Assembly: GCA_951406725.2 (NCBI GenBank)
Contig: OX597814.1
Span: 48,174,001 to 48,238,000 of the forward strand
Direction of reading: 5' to 3'
DNA: 64,000 nt
DNA from: Octopus vulgaris
Lineage: Eukaryota
A program made the position numbers and the translations under genes. The notes under the pieces are model-generated. The model ran no database searches and was not told the origin of the DNA. It saw only the letters and a program-made list of their open reading frames with translations. Numbering within the stretch: the first letter of the stretch is position 1; every line of letters starts with the position of its first letter. Below are positions 26,353 through 39,491 of this stretch, piece by piece.

Positions 26353-26573
26353 CCCTTTAGTGTTCAGATTACTCTGTTAAATGTAATACTTTTTCACTCA
26401 AATTGTTTTGAATTAATCCTGGATCATCTCACAGCTTTGAGGTTGCAATGATGTGATTACTTATTTTTAGAATGGCATTGTAGGTTAGGTGTGAGAGGCT
26501 AGATATCGCCAGTTTGAATATAAAACATGTGGAATATATTGGGCCGGATTTGGCCAGTTTAAACACTAAAGGG
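26353..26573. mobile_element. TTAA-flanked piggyBac-type MITE family A (221 bp)
   Basis: TTAA|CCCTTTAGTGTT...AACACTAAAGGG|ATAA; aligns with 39492-39712. Confidence 0.8.
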
Positions 26574-27016
26574 ATAATGTATAAACCATTACCGCAATTT
26601 GTTTATAGATATTAGGAACTAAAAGACTGTTTACATGAATATTTTGCTTATAGTAGACTTTCTAAGAGTTTCTTTAAGTAATTATTGATTTATATAAAAA
26701 TGATATGAATGATCTGTAACATCAGTGGTCTGACAGATTGATTGTATAATGCTTTTGATCTGATTCTTTTGACATTTTCTTCATTTCAAATCTATTTCTT
26801 AAATGTACTTACCAGAAATCAACCCAAGGTTTGCTTGAACTTCTGAAAATAGCAGCCAAATCTTTTTCAAATCACTCTCTTGCAGCTTAAAAACTAAAGA
26901 ACTCATTGAAGAATAAAATCTGAGATATATATTTAGAAAGACAGAATGGTGATAGCTGGAATATAGATCTTCTCTATCATGGTTAACTTGGGATGAAGCA
27001 ACAACTTAACAGAAAT

Positions 27017-27250
27017 TAAGGCGGTGAGATGGCAGAAATGTTAGCACAACGGGCGAAATGCTTAGCGGTATTTCGTCTGCCGCTATGTTCTGAGTTCAAA
27101 TTCCACCGAGGTCGACTTTGCCTTTCATCCTTTTGGGGTTGATTAAATAAGTACCAGTTACGCATTGGGGTCGATATAATCGACTTAATCCATTTGTCTG
27201 TCCTTGTTTGTCCCCGCTGTGTGTAGCCCCTTGTGGACAGTAAAGAAATA
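27017..27250 (+). mobile_element. tRNA-derived SINE family 2
   Basis: Full head, core and tail; short flanking repeat AGAAATTA. Confidence 0.85.
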
Positions 27251-27549
27251 AGAAATTATTATTTTTATTGCAAATTTCTTGATATAATCTACATAGCCAT
27301 CCCTACTTTGAGCAATTACAAAAGTTGCAACATTTCTATAAGTTATGGCAAATTTAATTTGTTTCATCTGCATTGGTGCAGGTATAGCCATGTAGTTAAG
27401 AAGCTTGCTTTGCATCCGCGTTGTTTCCGGTTCAGCCCCACAGTATAGTTCTTTAGTCAAGTATCTTCAAAAACTGACCAATGCCTTGAGAGTGAATTTA
27501 GTCAATGGAAACTGTATGGAATCCTATTGTACATATGGATATATATATT

Positions 27550-27790
27550 GTAGCATGCAAGAGAGAAGACTATGTTGGTTTGGACATGTGATGCATATGA
27601 ACGAGGACAGCTGCATAAAGAAGTGCTGATCACTGAAAGTAGAAGGTACCCATGGAAGAGGGAGACCAAGGAAGATATGGGATGAAGTGATAAGGACTGA
27701 TCTCAGGATACTGGGCCTCACAGAGGAAAAGACAATGGGCCGACATGTCTGGTGATATGAAGTCCTTTAGAAAACCTGCCCACAACAGTG
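27550..27790 (+). mobile_element. RTE-LINE ORF C-terminal fragment
   Basis: QERRLCWFGHVMHMNEDSCIKKC.SLKVEGTHGRGRPRKIWDEV. Confidence 0.8.
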
Positions 27791-29522
27791 AAACTGAGTT
27801 CTAGAAGTGGTGTGTGTCCCACCCACACTTAACAAGAAAATTTCTCACACACTCTGCTACAACAAACCAAGCTACATCTCTTCTCTTCCTCACATTTTCA
27901 CTTCATGCACTAGGCTTACCTTCCACTCCCCAATCCTTTCCTCTTGGCTCTGTACCTCTGTATCATTGCTCTCTGCTAGCTTCTGATCTGTGTGCTCCAC
28001 CCACGCCCTGTCTCACTGCATCATTGCATATGCCTGGCACTTTGCCACCATCTCTATCCTGTTGTTTGCCTCTTTCTCTCTCTGTCTCTCTTCTGTATTT
28101 TATTTTTTATTCTACTTTTTTATTTAAACAAGAATATATTTGTTAAGATATTCCGTATTTCACAAGATTATTTACGTATATTTATTAATTTATCTAATTA
28201 ATTATTTTATTGTTTTTATCTTTAACCTGAAGAGTGGTTATATTTATATTGAAGTGATTTTACTATCATTATTACTATTATCATTTCTTAAATATAGCCA
28301 TGAAACATGTGTCATTATTCTACCAAATATATACGTTTTATTTACTATTTTGCACATTACTTAATCATTGTTATATTTTTATCTTATATTTAATCATTCA
28401 ATAATATGTAAATTTTTTAAATGGTATAATTTAATTTTTCACTATTGAATTGATAAAAGGTGGTTTTTGTTTCTAATTTATATATATATATATGCTGGTG
28501 GCACATAAAAGCACCAATTACACTCTTGGAGTGGTTGGCATTAGGAAGGACATCCAGCCATAGAAACCATACCAAATCAGACTGGAGTCTGGTGCAGGCC
28601 CTCAGCTTACAGGCCCTGGTCACACCATCCAACCCATGACATCATGGATAACGGATGTTCAATGATAATGATGATGATTATGTGTGTGTGTGGGTGTACA
28701 GATAAGATAAAGCATAAATAATGGTCAATACCCATTCCTTTATTGTTGTAAATTTGACTTTCAGCTGTTACCAGTAGGTCATTATAGGTTTGTTATTGAT
28801 TGGTTTACTCAATTGGTCCATTGATTGGCTGAGAAAAATTGAATGACAGAGAATTAATGCTTACCCCCATCAGAATCATTGTGTTCTAGTGACAACCAAG
28901 CAGAATAATGATAAAAAATAATACAGGCAAGAGAAGGGCAACAAAGAGAGGCAATAAGTATAAAGTGAGTGGAAGATAGATAATGAGAAAAGGGGAAGAG
29001 AAGTGATGCACTCGAAAAGAACTAAAGGGAAAAGAAGGAAAGAAAAGAAGGAGGGAAAAGAAGAGAAAGGATAGAGGACAGGAGGAATGAGATGGACGAA
29101 TGAAGAATGGAAAATGGCCAGAAATGAAAGAGGGGACAGTGAAAAAATATAAGTGGCTTTGATGCATGTAATTGGGTCAAAATATTTGCATTGTCTTCAG
29201 GTTAAACACTATCCAGATAGTGTACTGAAATTTGATATAGGCCACTCACACTCATGGTAAACTTAGATCTTTAACATGGGGGTCATTACTACCATCTCAC
29301 ATTGGGAGTAAAGTGTATTAGAGAAAATGAATGACAAATAGAATATAAAAATCAGCAATAACAATATTATGATGGGAAGGTGGAGAAATCATCAGCAAGA
29401 GTGGATAGTAGATAGAGAAAAAATATTTGATAAAAAAAAAAAAATAAAATTAAGAAACCAAATAAAGTTTTAAAAATAAAAAAAATTTAAATATAAAAAA
29501 ATTCTTAAAAATAAAAAAAATA

Positions 29523-29923
29523 TAGGAGTGGCTGTGTGGTAAGTAGCTTGCTAACCAACCACATGGTTCCGGGTTCAGTCCCACTGCATGGCATCTTGGG
29601 CAAGTGTCTTCTGCTATAGCCCTGGGCCGACCAATGTCTTGTGAGTGGATTTGGTAGATGGAAACTGAAAGAAGCCTGTCGTATATATGTATATATATAT
29701 GCGTGTGTGTGTGTATATGTTTGTGTGTCTGTGTTTGTCCCCCTAGCATTGCTTGACAACCGATGCTGGTGTGTTTACATCCCCGTCACTTAGCGGTTCG
29801 GCAAAAGAGACTGATAGAATAAGTACTGGGCTTACAAAGAATAAGTCCCGGGGTCGATTTGCTCGACTAAAGGTGGTGCTCCAGCATGGCCGCAGTCAAA
29901 TGACTGAAACAAGTAAAAGAGTA
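29523..29923 (+). mobile_element. tRNA-derived SINE family 1, full length
   Basis: A-box TGGCTGTGTGG, B-box GGTTCAGTCCC, CORE-like CTTGGGCAAGTGTC, tail GAAACAAGTAAAAGAGTA. Confidence 0.88.
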
Positions 29924-30499
29924 ATAAATTAGATAACTTGCATTTATCCTTTAGGTATCATACCCATCTTGACCATTGTCTCTCACTATAGGATTAAAGT
30001 TATTTAGGGAACCAGCTGAAGGATTTATTGTAGAAATACTTGCAGTGTACCACTAATTCCTGTCTACAGCTAATTAGGTTACACTCTGATGTAAGTATTT
30101 GGAGTGACTCCTCTAGGCAAAATTTGCATCTTGTTCGTCCTATTTCTTATGGTTATCCTCTACTTAGAATCAACCATTCTAATTCATATTTAGTTTTGTA
30201 GTCCCAAAGTTGCCATATTAGCTTGCTAAGTAATGTTGAGTTTTCTTTAGTTTTGTGTTTAAATGAAGCTTGAAGGTTGTTGTGCAACAACCTGTGCAAG
30301 TTTAAGTTTTGTTATGGGTTACTACTGTGCATATGTAGACTATGTTCTTCTCAAGACATAATTTATTTAAAAGACATTCTCTTCCTCCTCTACAGTTACA
30401 ACTGACCTTGTCATTCCTATTGCTATCACTTGTGCAATTATTATTCTAACTATTACCAATATTATCATTATTATGAGTGAAAGAATATTCTAGCAATTT

Positions 30500-31390
30500 A
30501 TCTGCTGCATCAATTAGACTTAGGTATTGATAGAAGATGATTGAGAGAATGGTGCGCAAAAGAAACTGAGTTTATCAATATGTCAGACAAGAGGAGGTGC
30601 AGATCAGTTCGTGGAGCTAGAGGACCAGCATATAGAGCTCTAGAGATTGAACTCTTACAGTGGATTGTTGTTCAGCATGCAAACAATTTAATTGTAAATT
30701 ATCACTGTTTATGGGAATATGCTTTTGAATTGGTAAAAAGGTTTGGAATTGAAATGAACAGCTTTAGATGTTCTGATAGATGGATTTTCAATTTCATGAA
30801 ACAGAATAAACTGACTCTGAGAAAGATTACACATGTTGGTCAAGCAGACAATAAAACACTTGGAGAAAAGGCACAAATCACTAGTGACTATCTAGATAGC
30901 ATTCCAGTATTAACAGCAGATAAGGATGCTGACCAGATTTATAATATGGATGAAACACCTGTATACGTTGACTTTGTTGGCAATAAAAATGTAGATGCTA
31001 GCCACTGTGGTGCTATCAAAGCTTGTTTTACTGCTGTGTTGTGTGTTAATGCTGCAGGAAAGGTGTTGAAAACAATGATTATCCTTAAAGGATTGAAAAA
31101 TATGCCTAAAATAAGGTCCCAAAGAATATTTACTTAACAGTCTCTCCAACAGGGGATCAATCAAATATCAACTCATGCAGCTGTGGGCTGACAAAGTGTT
31201 TGGGCAGAGAACAACACAACTATTCCATGCCTAAAATTCAGTGATATTCATGGATGAATGTTCAGTGCACAAGAAAACAGAGATCCTAGAAGTGTTCAAG
31301 CACAGGAATACAATTCTCAAATTTCTACCTCCTAAAACAACATCTTACTTGTAGCCGTTAGACATATCAATTATTGGTCCTTTCAAGACG
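30500..31390 (+). mobile_element. pogo/Tigger-family transposase relic (CENP-B-type HTH + DDE)
   Basis: ORF 30541-31137 (ALEIELLQWI..FRCSDRWIFNFMKQNKLTLR..IYNMDETPVY..FTAVLCVNAAGKVLKTMIILKG), then frameshifted VIFMDECSVHK and PPKTTSYL*PLDISIIGPFK. Confidence 0.9.
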
Positions 31391-31429
31391 TATCAATTAT
31401 TGGTCATTTCCCAGATGGCCAAAAAATAT

Positions 31430-31990
31430 TGATACTGATTGACATTCTGGGAGACCTGCAACCAGCAGAACTGAGGAAAACATTGCAGATGTGCAAGCAG
31501 CTGTGAGGGGAAATCATCAAATCACCATCCATGAGTTATCAGAGGATGTACAGATTAGTTACAGTCCAGTTCAGTCTATTATCACTGAAAATTTGAGTAT
31601 GAGATGCGCATCTGCTAAGTTTGTGCCAAAACTGCTTTCAGACCAAAAAGACACTTAGGTTTCAGTTGCACAAGATCTCTTTGATTGTGTCTAGAGTGAT
31701 GAAAACTTTTTGAAAACACTTTGCTTATGCCTCTGATCAGGTATCTCAAAGCTTTTGGCAAAATTTGATGCAGATTCTCTGCTCAACTTTGTCATGGTCA
31801 ATGCAACAATCACATGTTACACACCTTCCTTTCAAGCACTGCTGCAAAACAGTGGAAGTGAGCTAGAATGTTAAAACTTAGTGCACATGCACAGCAGAGT
31901 TCAAGGTCAATCTGTGTCAAGTGGTTTCACTCTGCATGTTTTAGCTTTGTTACTATGGCAACAGTCCGGTTACTTATTGATCAGATCATG
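31430..31990. mobile_element. Rearranged mariner fragment abutting or nested in the pogo relic
   Basis: Plus-strand GRPATSRTEENIADVQ..ITIHELSEDV..SAKFVPKL, followed by an apparently inverted 5' portion ending in TIR-like CAGTCCGGTTACTTATTGATCAGATCATG. Confidence 0.7.
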
Positions 31991-33444
31991 AAAACACATG
32001 TACTTCTATGCACCACAAGTCCATATGAGAAGTTCTATCTTAGTAAATAACACAGTATTTTATGTTCTAACACCATATCCGCTTCTAAGTGGATATAAAT
32101 ATTACCTTTTGGTATTAATATTACTTCTGTCACTATTAATTATTACTTAAAAATATTTCTTGTTCTATCTTTTTAATCTCAGTTAGTAACATATCTGTTA
32201 TAATTACTTATCATGGTGAAATGATTATAGCAATTTAATTTGAAGTCATCATTTGTCTAGCTGAAGCACATTATTTGGTTCGTTGCCACTTCTAAAATAT
32301 TTAAAAAATATCCTTTCCCTTGTTACTCTAATTTTCAAATATTCATGAATTTAAAACTTATTACACGATATCAAGATATTTTTCTTTTCTTTTGCTTTAT
32401 TGCTGCTTCAAAATTCAACTCATGTCAGTATTTTATACTTGTTGATGTTGTTGAATTATAAATAGTTGATTATGCTGAAAAGTTAAAATATGGAACAAAT
32501 TTTATAAATTATTCTCTTCATTTAAAGATATGTAAAAAAACAAAAATAGCAGCAAAACAAATCTAGAGTGTAGATTCTCCATGCTATGCTAATATAAAAA
32601 GGTAAATAGGAAACTTACATCTACATGTATATATATACTGGCATAGCTCTGTGGTTAAGAATTTCACTTTGCAATTATATGGTTCAGTCCCACTGTATGA
32701 CACTTAGGGCATGTGGCTTCTACTATAGTCATGGACCAATGAAAGCTATTTAAGTGAATATAGTTGATGGGAATTGAAAAATGGCTTATCTTATACATCT
32801 TTTTATGTTGAGTAATAATAAAAACAATTTTACATGAAACTGAAAGATTACTCAATACTTTTTGTAGAGTACATTTATTATTCTGTTACAAGGATAGTGT
32901 TGACAGTGACTTTGAAGAGTTGACCTACTATCCATGTTTATGTGTATATATGTATGTTGGCATTAGGAAGGGCATTCAGCTATATAAACCATGCCAAAAC
33001 AGACAATTGGAGTCTGGACAGCTGCCTAGTTGGCTAGCTCCTGTCAAACCGTCCATCCATCCATCCCATGCCAGCATGGAAAACAGATGCTAAATGATGA
33101 CGATGATAAAATGTTTATGGTAGTATAATGAATGAATGGCTTAGATAAAAACATTGTTATTGGTAGAAGTCAAATATCATTATCATACGTAATGTTTAAG
33201 TACATGCAATTAATTATTTTTACTGTCTATAAAAGATGCAGATTTAGGTGTGTGGTTAAGAAGTTTGTGTGTTAAGAAGTGTGTGGTTAAAAAGTTGTGG
33301 TTAAGAAGTTTCCAGCCATGGAGTTTCAGGTTCAGTCCCACTGTGTAGCTCCTTGGGCAAGTGTTTTCTGCTATAGATTCAGGCTCACCAGAGCCTTGTG
33401 AGCAGATTTAATAGATGGAAACTGAAAGAAATTTAATCATATAT

Positions 33445-33800
33445 ATGAGGGGATACCAAAAAGAAACTGGAATTTTGCAATATTATTTTATTCACTTGAT
33501 TTTACATGTTTACACTTTTATCGCCTTCAAAGTATTCTCCATTTTAAGCAATGCATCAGTCCAGACATGTTTTCCACTGTTTGGAAACAATGCTGGAAAT
33601 CTTTTTATTCACCTCTTCCACATCTGAAAATGCCATACCAGCTTTCATCACCGGTGATGACCTTTGAAAACGGTCTGGATCAACTTCCAACTGTTCTTTC
33701 AGTTCACAACATGCATTCAGTCGTGACTGCTTTTGATCTTCCGTTAGCAAGCGAGGCACGAATTTTGCTACAACTCTTTTCATTCACAATTCCTTGGCAA
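33445..33800 (-). mobile_element. Mariner fragment (one TIR plus deleted transposase)
   Basis: MKRVVAKFVPRLLTEDQKQSRLNACCEL; TIR-like TA|TGAGGGGATACCAAAAAGAAACTGG at 33445. Confidence 0.75.
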
Positions 33801-34279
33801 GGAAATAGAATTTAGTTATAGTGAAGAGAAATCAATTGTTTTTTATATTGTCAAATAGAAGAAATTAATATTTCACTGCTGTTAAAAATAAAAATGAATC
33901 TTTGAAATAAATCTTTTTATGATAGTTTAACAAATAGCTGGAATTGTTGATTTCTAATTTTGGTATAATGCTATAAATATTTTTGGGGAAAGATATTGGC
34001 TATTTGATTTACACTAGTATTTGACTGTAACTTTACTTTATTTGTACAGGGCTAATGAAAATAGCTTAAAGGACAGATCTAATCTTTCATGCCCTGCAAT
34101 TATTGATTATTTTTGTCTTGATAGAAGACTGGCCACTACTATCACCACCACCACCACCATCAAATGTACCAGCAGCAGTGTTGCTGCAGTCATGACTACC
34201 ACTGTTGCCACCGCTGCTGCCAGTACCACCACCTCCTCAACCACCACCACCATGTGTTGCAAAAAATAAAAATCTCAAA

Positions 34280-36028
34280 GGGGGAGGTGTTGTGGTGGGT
34301 ACCCCCAGGTGAGAAGTGGGCTGGTCCCCTACTAATAAATAGTGGACTGACACAGTCAGTAAGGTCAATCAGCAGAGGTATTTTTGTTGGTTTTAAATCA
34401 TTTTTGACTCCAGTTGACATAAGTCATGTTATACTTAGTTGTATCTTTGTTGAAGGTTCTCCCCATGCGGGTGAACCATGTTTTGTTGAATTTGTTAAAT
34501 ACTGTTGCTCTTTTTGCCAGCGGGCCTGTCAAATTTTGTATTTGTCTTCTCCCCCATTTTGGGGCAAAGTAACTGAAAAAAGGAAAAAATGGAGTGTAAA
34601 CCAGTTCCAGCACATGTCGGGAGTTATGCTTCAGCAGCTGGGAAAGGTGCAGATTCGCTAGAATTGCAAGAAATTAAAATTGAACAGAAGAAGCTGAAGG
34701 AACACTACAAGCTGATTCAGAAGGAGGGATCCAGTTTAAAGCTGACTCCTCCACAAGAGGTGACAACCAGTACCAAGAAAAGAACAGTGGTGTACAGAAC
34801 TCTATCGACAACCCCAAAGAAAATAGAGATAACTATGGAAGAAGCAATTGAAGAATGTCTGAAAGAAATTAAGCACCTGACAACATTCTATACAAGAGGC
34901 AGAAAATATGGTACAGTGGAGGTGAGATTTGCCAATGAACAGGAGGCAATAAATCCCTCCATTGTGGAGCTGAAGACGGAAAAAATGGGTACTCCTACCT
35001 ACCTACTGTGGCAAAAGGGTTGCCAGAGTGAGAATAGGTAGTGTACCACCAGAAATCAAGGAAGCATGGCTGGTGTACAAAACTGAGGAAGATGCCAAAA
35101 TTCTAAAGGTGACAAGGACAAAGAAAATACATTGGGGGTGGGGGATATGGACTAGAAATGGTCATCCAGGTTGGACAACAAGAGCTAAATGAAATTGCTG
35201 AAGAAATAATACTACTGGAGGACATAAGATTGAGAATGGTGGTAGAAGGAAGGCCACCAACTTGCTGCCAAAGTGGTGGACCTAGAAAATGAAAAATGCA
35301 CAAAAGTGGAAGAACCATTTACAGAGGTAATCAAAAGAAAAAGAAAAGAACTAGTGAATTTACCTCCGAAGAGTCCAAGAAAGAAAAAGGTGGGTAAAAT
35401 AAAATGTACAGATTTTTCACTACATGAACCTCCAACAGCACCAACAATGCAGGAAAAAGAAAAGGAAACTGTCACAGACAACCAAATGCCACCACAGGAA
35501 CGAACAGTCATAAGACCTGGAAAAAATAAATGGCATATGGTAACATATACAAAAAACAGATATAGAAAGGAAAATCACCAAATTTAAGTTGGTGATAGGA
35601 GTTAAATTACCAATGGAACATTACCCAGAAAGTACAAAAGCCATAGTAATAGACAAAGCGAGATATGAAAAATTAAAGAAATGGGAGTGAGGGTAGAGTT
35701 TGATGACCTACCACCAGTTATAGATTACAACGACTTGTTGCCATAGATAAAATGGTAAAGTGTGAATAAGCTTTAAAATTTTTTTAAAGACTACACATAC
35801 AATACTAAAAGGAAAAAAGGGGGGAAAAAAGAAGGAAAATGATATAAAAACTTTAAACAGTTAAATGGTACTGCTTGAGAGTGGGGTTGAAGCAGCCATT
35901 ACATCCTCATTTAATTATTATCCATCTCTCATTCATTTGTTTTATGTCTTTTGTCCCCACTGTGGTGTTGTGTCTGTCCATGTGCTGTCCCCCTCTGTAT
36001 CATGGCCTATGTGTCAAATAAAGAAATA
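34280..36028 (+). mobile_element. ORF1-only (gag-like, L1/Tx1-type) non-autonomous retroelement, frameshifted
   Basis: From ATG 34589: SYASAA..RGRKYGTVEVRF..(fs)WVLLPTYCGKRVARVRIGSVPPEI..(fs)LRMVVEGRPPTCC..FTEVIKRKRK; no endonuclease or RT motifs before the 3' tail ...AATAAAGAAATA. Confidence 0.6.
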
Positions 36029-37030
36029 CTGTCAGTGAGGTATACTGTTTGGGTGAGGTATGCTGTTCAGGTAGAACAAGACTGATTTCAGGCCTCTACC
36101 CTGGAAGTGGGGGTGCTTCTCAAAATTCAAGAAGACTGTGAAGTTGAATTTTTTTTTTGTTTTTTGAAAGAAGGATTCATAAAATATTTATGAGCTCTTC
36201 CTTGGCTCTCTGCCCCAGAGACTAATGCACTGGCAGAACCACTTCATATAAGCCCTGGGTTCATGGTTCACCAGTTGTGTAAAGTTAACTAAAGCATAGC
36301 ATAAGTAATCTTTGAGGGTAGATGGGCTTTAAAGATATCAATTTATGTTTGCAGGATAGATGACTGTTCTTGTATGGATATATGATGTGAACTAATCTAG
36401 AGTACTGAATATGGAATGGCTTTGTGCAAACAGTAGAATTAGCAGAAGGCCAAGAAAAATATGTAAAGATATTGGTAATGTCATATTTCAGCATGTTGGG
36501 CCTCACATATATCATATATAAATATTTATAAGCTAATACAAGGTTGAGAGGAGTGGCAATATACTATATCCTCTTCACATTGGAAAACATATTAAAACAA
36601 CAACAACAACAACGAAAATGACAATCATAACAACTATGATGGCAATAATGCCAACTATGATAATGTTGATATTAATGATGAACAAAACCATCTCCAGAAT
36701 GTAATGTTTTCACCAATAGCTATTTGAAAATTTTAGTTTATTTTAGCTGTCAAAAGTAAATTAAAAACATTTCTCTTCACACGCTAGAACATAATTTTCT
36801 AAGACTAAGATTAGTTTGTATATCAAGCTGTTGCCATTTGATCCGATCCCAATCTTAGACTGATATTATTATGACTATGATGATCATCATGATTACCATC
36901 ATCATTATCATCAATAATAACAACAATAACCTTTAGTAACTTATATGTTTTTGTTGCTGTTAGTGAACTGTGTACCTGCCAGGTGTAATCCATAGCACAG
37001 ATATTATAACTCCTTCCTCTCTCTCTTGCA

Positions 37031-37094
<64 letters not shown>

Positions 37095-38069
37095 TTTTGA
37101 TCCTCTTCCCTAGTGAATTCTTAGATTTATTACATTTCAAACAAATTTCTTCTTGAAGTAAATTTGCATACCAGTTGTTTTAACAGCCAGAAGAGAAAAT
37201 ACATACATACATACATACATACATACATACATACATACATACATACATACATACATACATACATACATACGTACGTACATACATACAAAAATGGAATATC
37301 TATTTTGAAATAAGTGCCTGAACTTTAGATACTTGTTGGTAAAGTACATTTTTTTTCTTCAAACTGCGTAGAATTCTAAAGAACATCTAGAATGTTACTC
37401 ATTGTGGTGAGGTTGAGTACAAATTGAGGTTTTTCCATGATAAATAATCTCAGCTGGTGTAATGTTGACAAGTGGTTCAGTGTAAGCTGGCTGCTAACCT
37501 CAATGTAATTTTATCAGTATTACTATTGATAAATATTTTTAGGTTTGTTGCTTACAGAACAAGTGAAGCTTTCTTTCTCAGGTAGAAACTTGCCTAGAAT
37601 TCTTTGGGAAACCAAAATACAACTAGCAGAATGGCAACAAGTGATACACAAAACATTACATTCGCTCTGGTCAGAAAATGTCATATAGAAGAAGATGAAG
37701 AAAAAATAAAAAGAAAAGAAAATGAAGAAGAGGAAGAAAAAAACAAAAAAAAATGTTATTATAAGCTACATACAGCTACCCCTCAACATATATGCACATA
37801 CATGTAGATAGATGCTAACCATCAAGAGAATGAAAGATAACAGGCAAGCTGTAGAATAATAGTTTACAGTAAAAATTTTTTTTGTTTTGTAGATTTGAAT
37901 CATAATGCAATTGTTCTGCTAATCTTATATTTAAGATCATCTGCACTGAGAAATATTTCTGATCAAATAAAACCTCACAGACAATATCTGTTAACATATA
38001 AGATCTATCCAATTATTTCTCTCCTTTTCTCTTTCTGTCATCTTACCTTTTTATAGATATTTACCCAAT

Positions 38070-38443
38070 ATATAACTCTGAGCACCTTTTCAAACCCCAC
38101 TTGTCTAACACCCATGGACATGTTTACAAAGTCAGAAAACAGCACAGCTTCCATGACTTTCGGAAACATTTTTTCACACTAAGAGTTGCTGAAGTATGGA
38201 ACAAACTGCCGGCATCAGTTGTTAGTTGTCGGAGCACTACATCCTTCAAAACTTCCATGCTTCCTGATATTCGCCAACACTACACCTGATTTTCTCCCCT
38301 CCATACACACACAAGCATGTATCTGACTCATACACTGTTCACTTTCCAGACATTTGTACATTATTGCATATGCTTTATATGCACTTTTGACAAGTTGTGG
38401 TGCACCTGAGCACTGTATACAATAATTTTATTATTATTATTAT
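38070..38443 (+). mobile_element. CR1-clade LINE 3' end
   Basis: SNTHGHVYKV..RKHFFTLRVAEVWNKLPASVV; 3' UTR ending GTGCACCTGAGCACTGTA..(TTA)n; homologous to 58848-59445. Confidence 0.88.
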
Positions 38444-39491
38444 TTTATCCCTACTTTGATGTTCACCTTACCTCTTTGATATCCTCTCCTTTCCCTAACA
38501 CATCTCTTACTTCACTTCACTTGTCCTCACTTTCATTCACTGTACAATACTGCCTGCATAACTAAGGATGGTAGTAGATCCCCTACGCACTGTACCATGC
38601 CATATGTATAATATAGCTGACATTTGATTTACCCATATCACTCTACTTCTCTTGACCATCTCAAAGCCAATGTATTTGGGACTTTTTTTGTATCCAATAC
38701 TACCATTACACTTTCTGTGCTGCTAGTCATTCCATCCTCTCCCATGAGCCACCTGGTATTGATAAACCAACACCATCTCTTCCAGTGCTTGTCTCTGTTA
38801 CTATTTAGGTTCTCTCTTCCCCTCTGCATAACTTCCTTACCCTACAAATTTTGTTGCTACATCACACTTTAGCTCCCTCCACCCATCCATCCTGGCTCTT
38901 TTGCCATCACTCTCTTTTCTGTTCTCCCCTCTTGATTATATTGCCTTGAACAAATGGATGTTCCACAGAATAGTGAGGACTACAAGGCAACTTTATAAGT
39001 GCTGGTGCTACTATAAAATGTATCCAGTATACTCTGTAAAGTGGTTGATGCGTGAGCTGAAACAATGCAAAGTGATGTCTTTAGCGATGTTGGTGATGAT
39101 GGTGGTACTCATGGTGAAGAAGCTGACAATATACCCATTAGTTTAGTGAACAACAACAATAAAGGGGTTTGTCCCTCATAAGTCTTTAGCAGTCATGTCA
39201 CTGGGCTTTCTCCTCTCTTCACTCTTAGTGATTGAATGACTGACAGATTGTTGGTTAGCTGGTTAGGTATTTATTTTGATATTAACAATATAAAACTTCT
39301 CTCAGATACAGGGGTAGAATATTGAGTTAATGGTGAGGTTGAGGGGATCTTTTATAGTTTTACTGAGGAGATGGCTACTTCTCTAGTATTGGCGGGGGTG
39401 GGGTGGGGATCATCTATCTATCTGAGTGCCTGTCTATCTGCCTGTTTACCTACTTGCCTATCTGTCTATCCATCTCCTTGTTTAAGTTTAA

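Noticed and set aside
30541-31137. Domesticated pogo/CENP-B-like host gene
   Set aside because: The frame breaks at 31137 with downstream frameshifts and stops and a mariner fusion; it is a relic.
34136-34252. Thr/His-rich ORFs (also 52305-52440)
   Set aside because: Degenerate (CAC/CAT/GGT)n low-complexity sequence.
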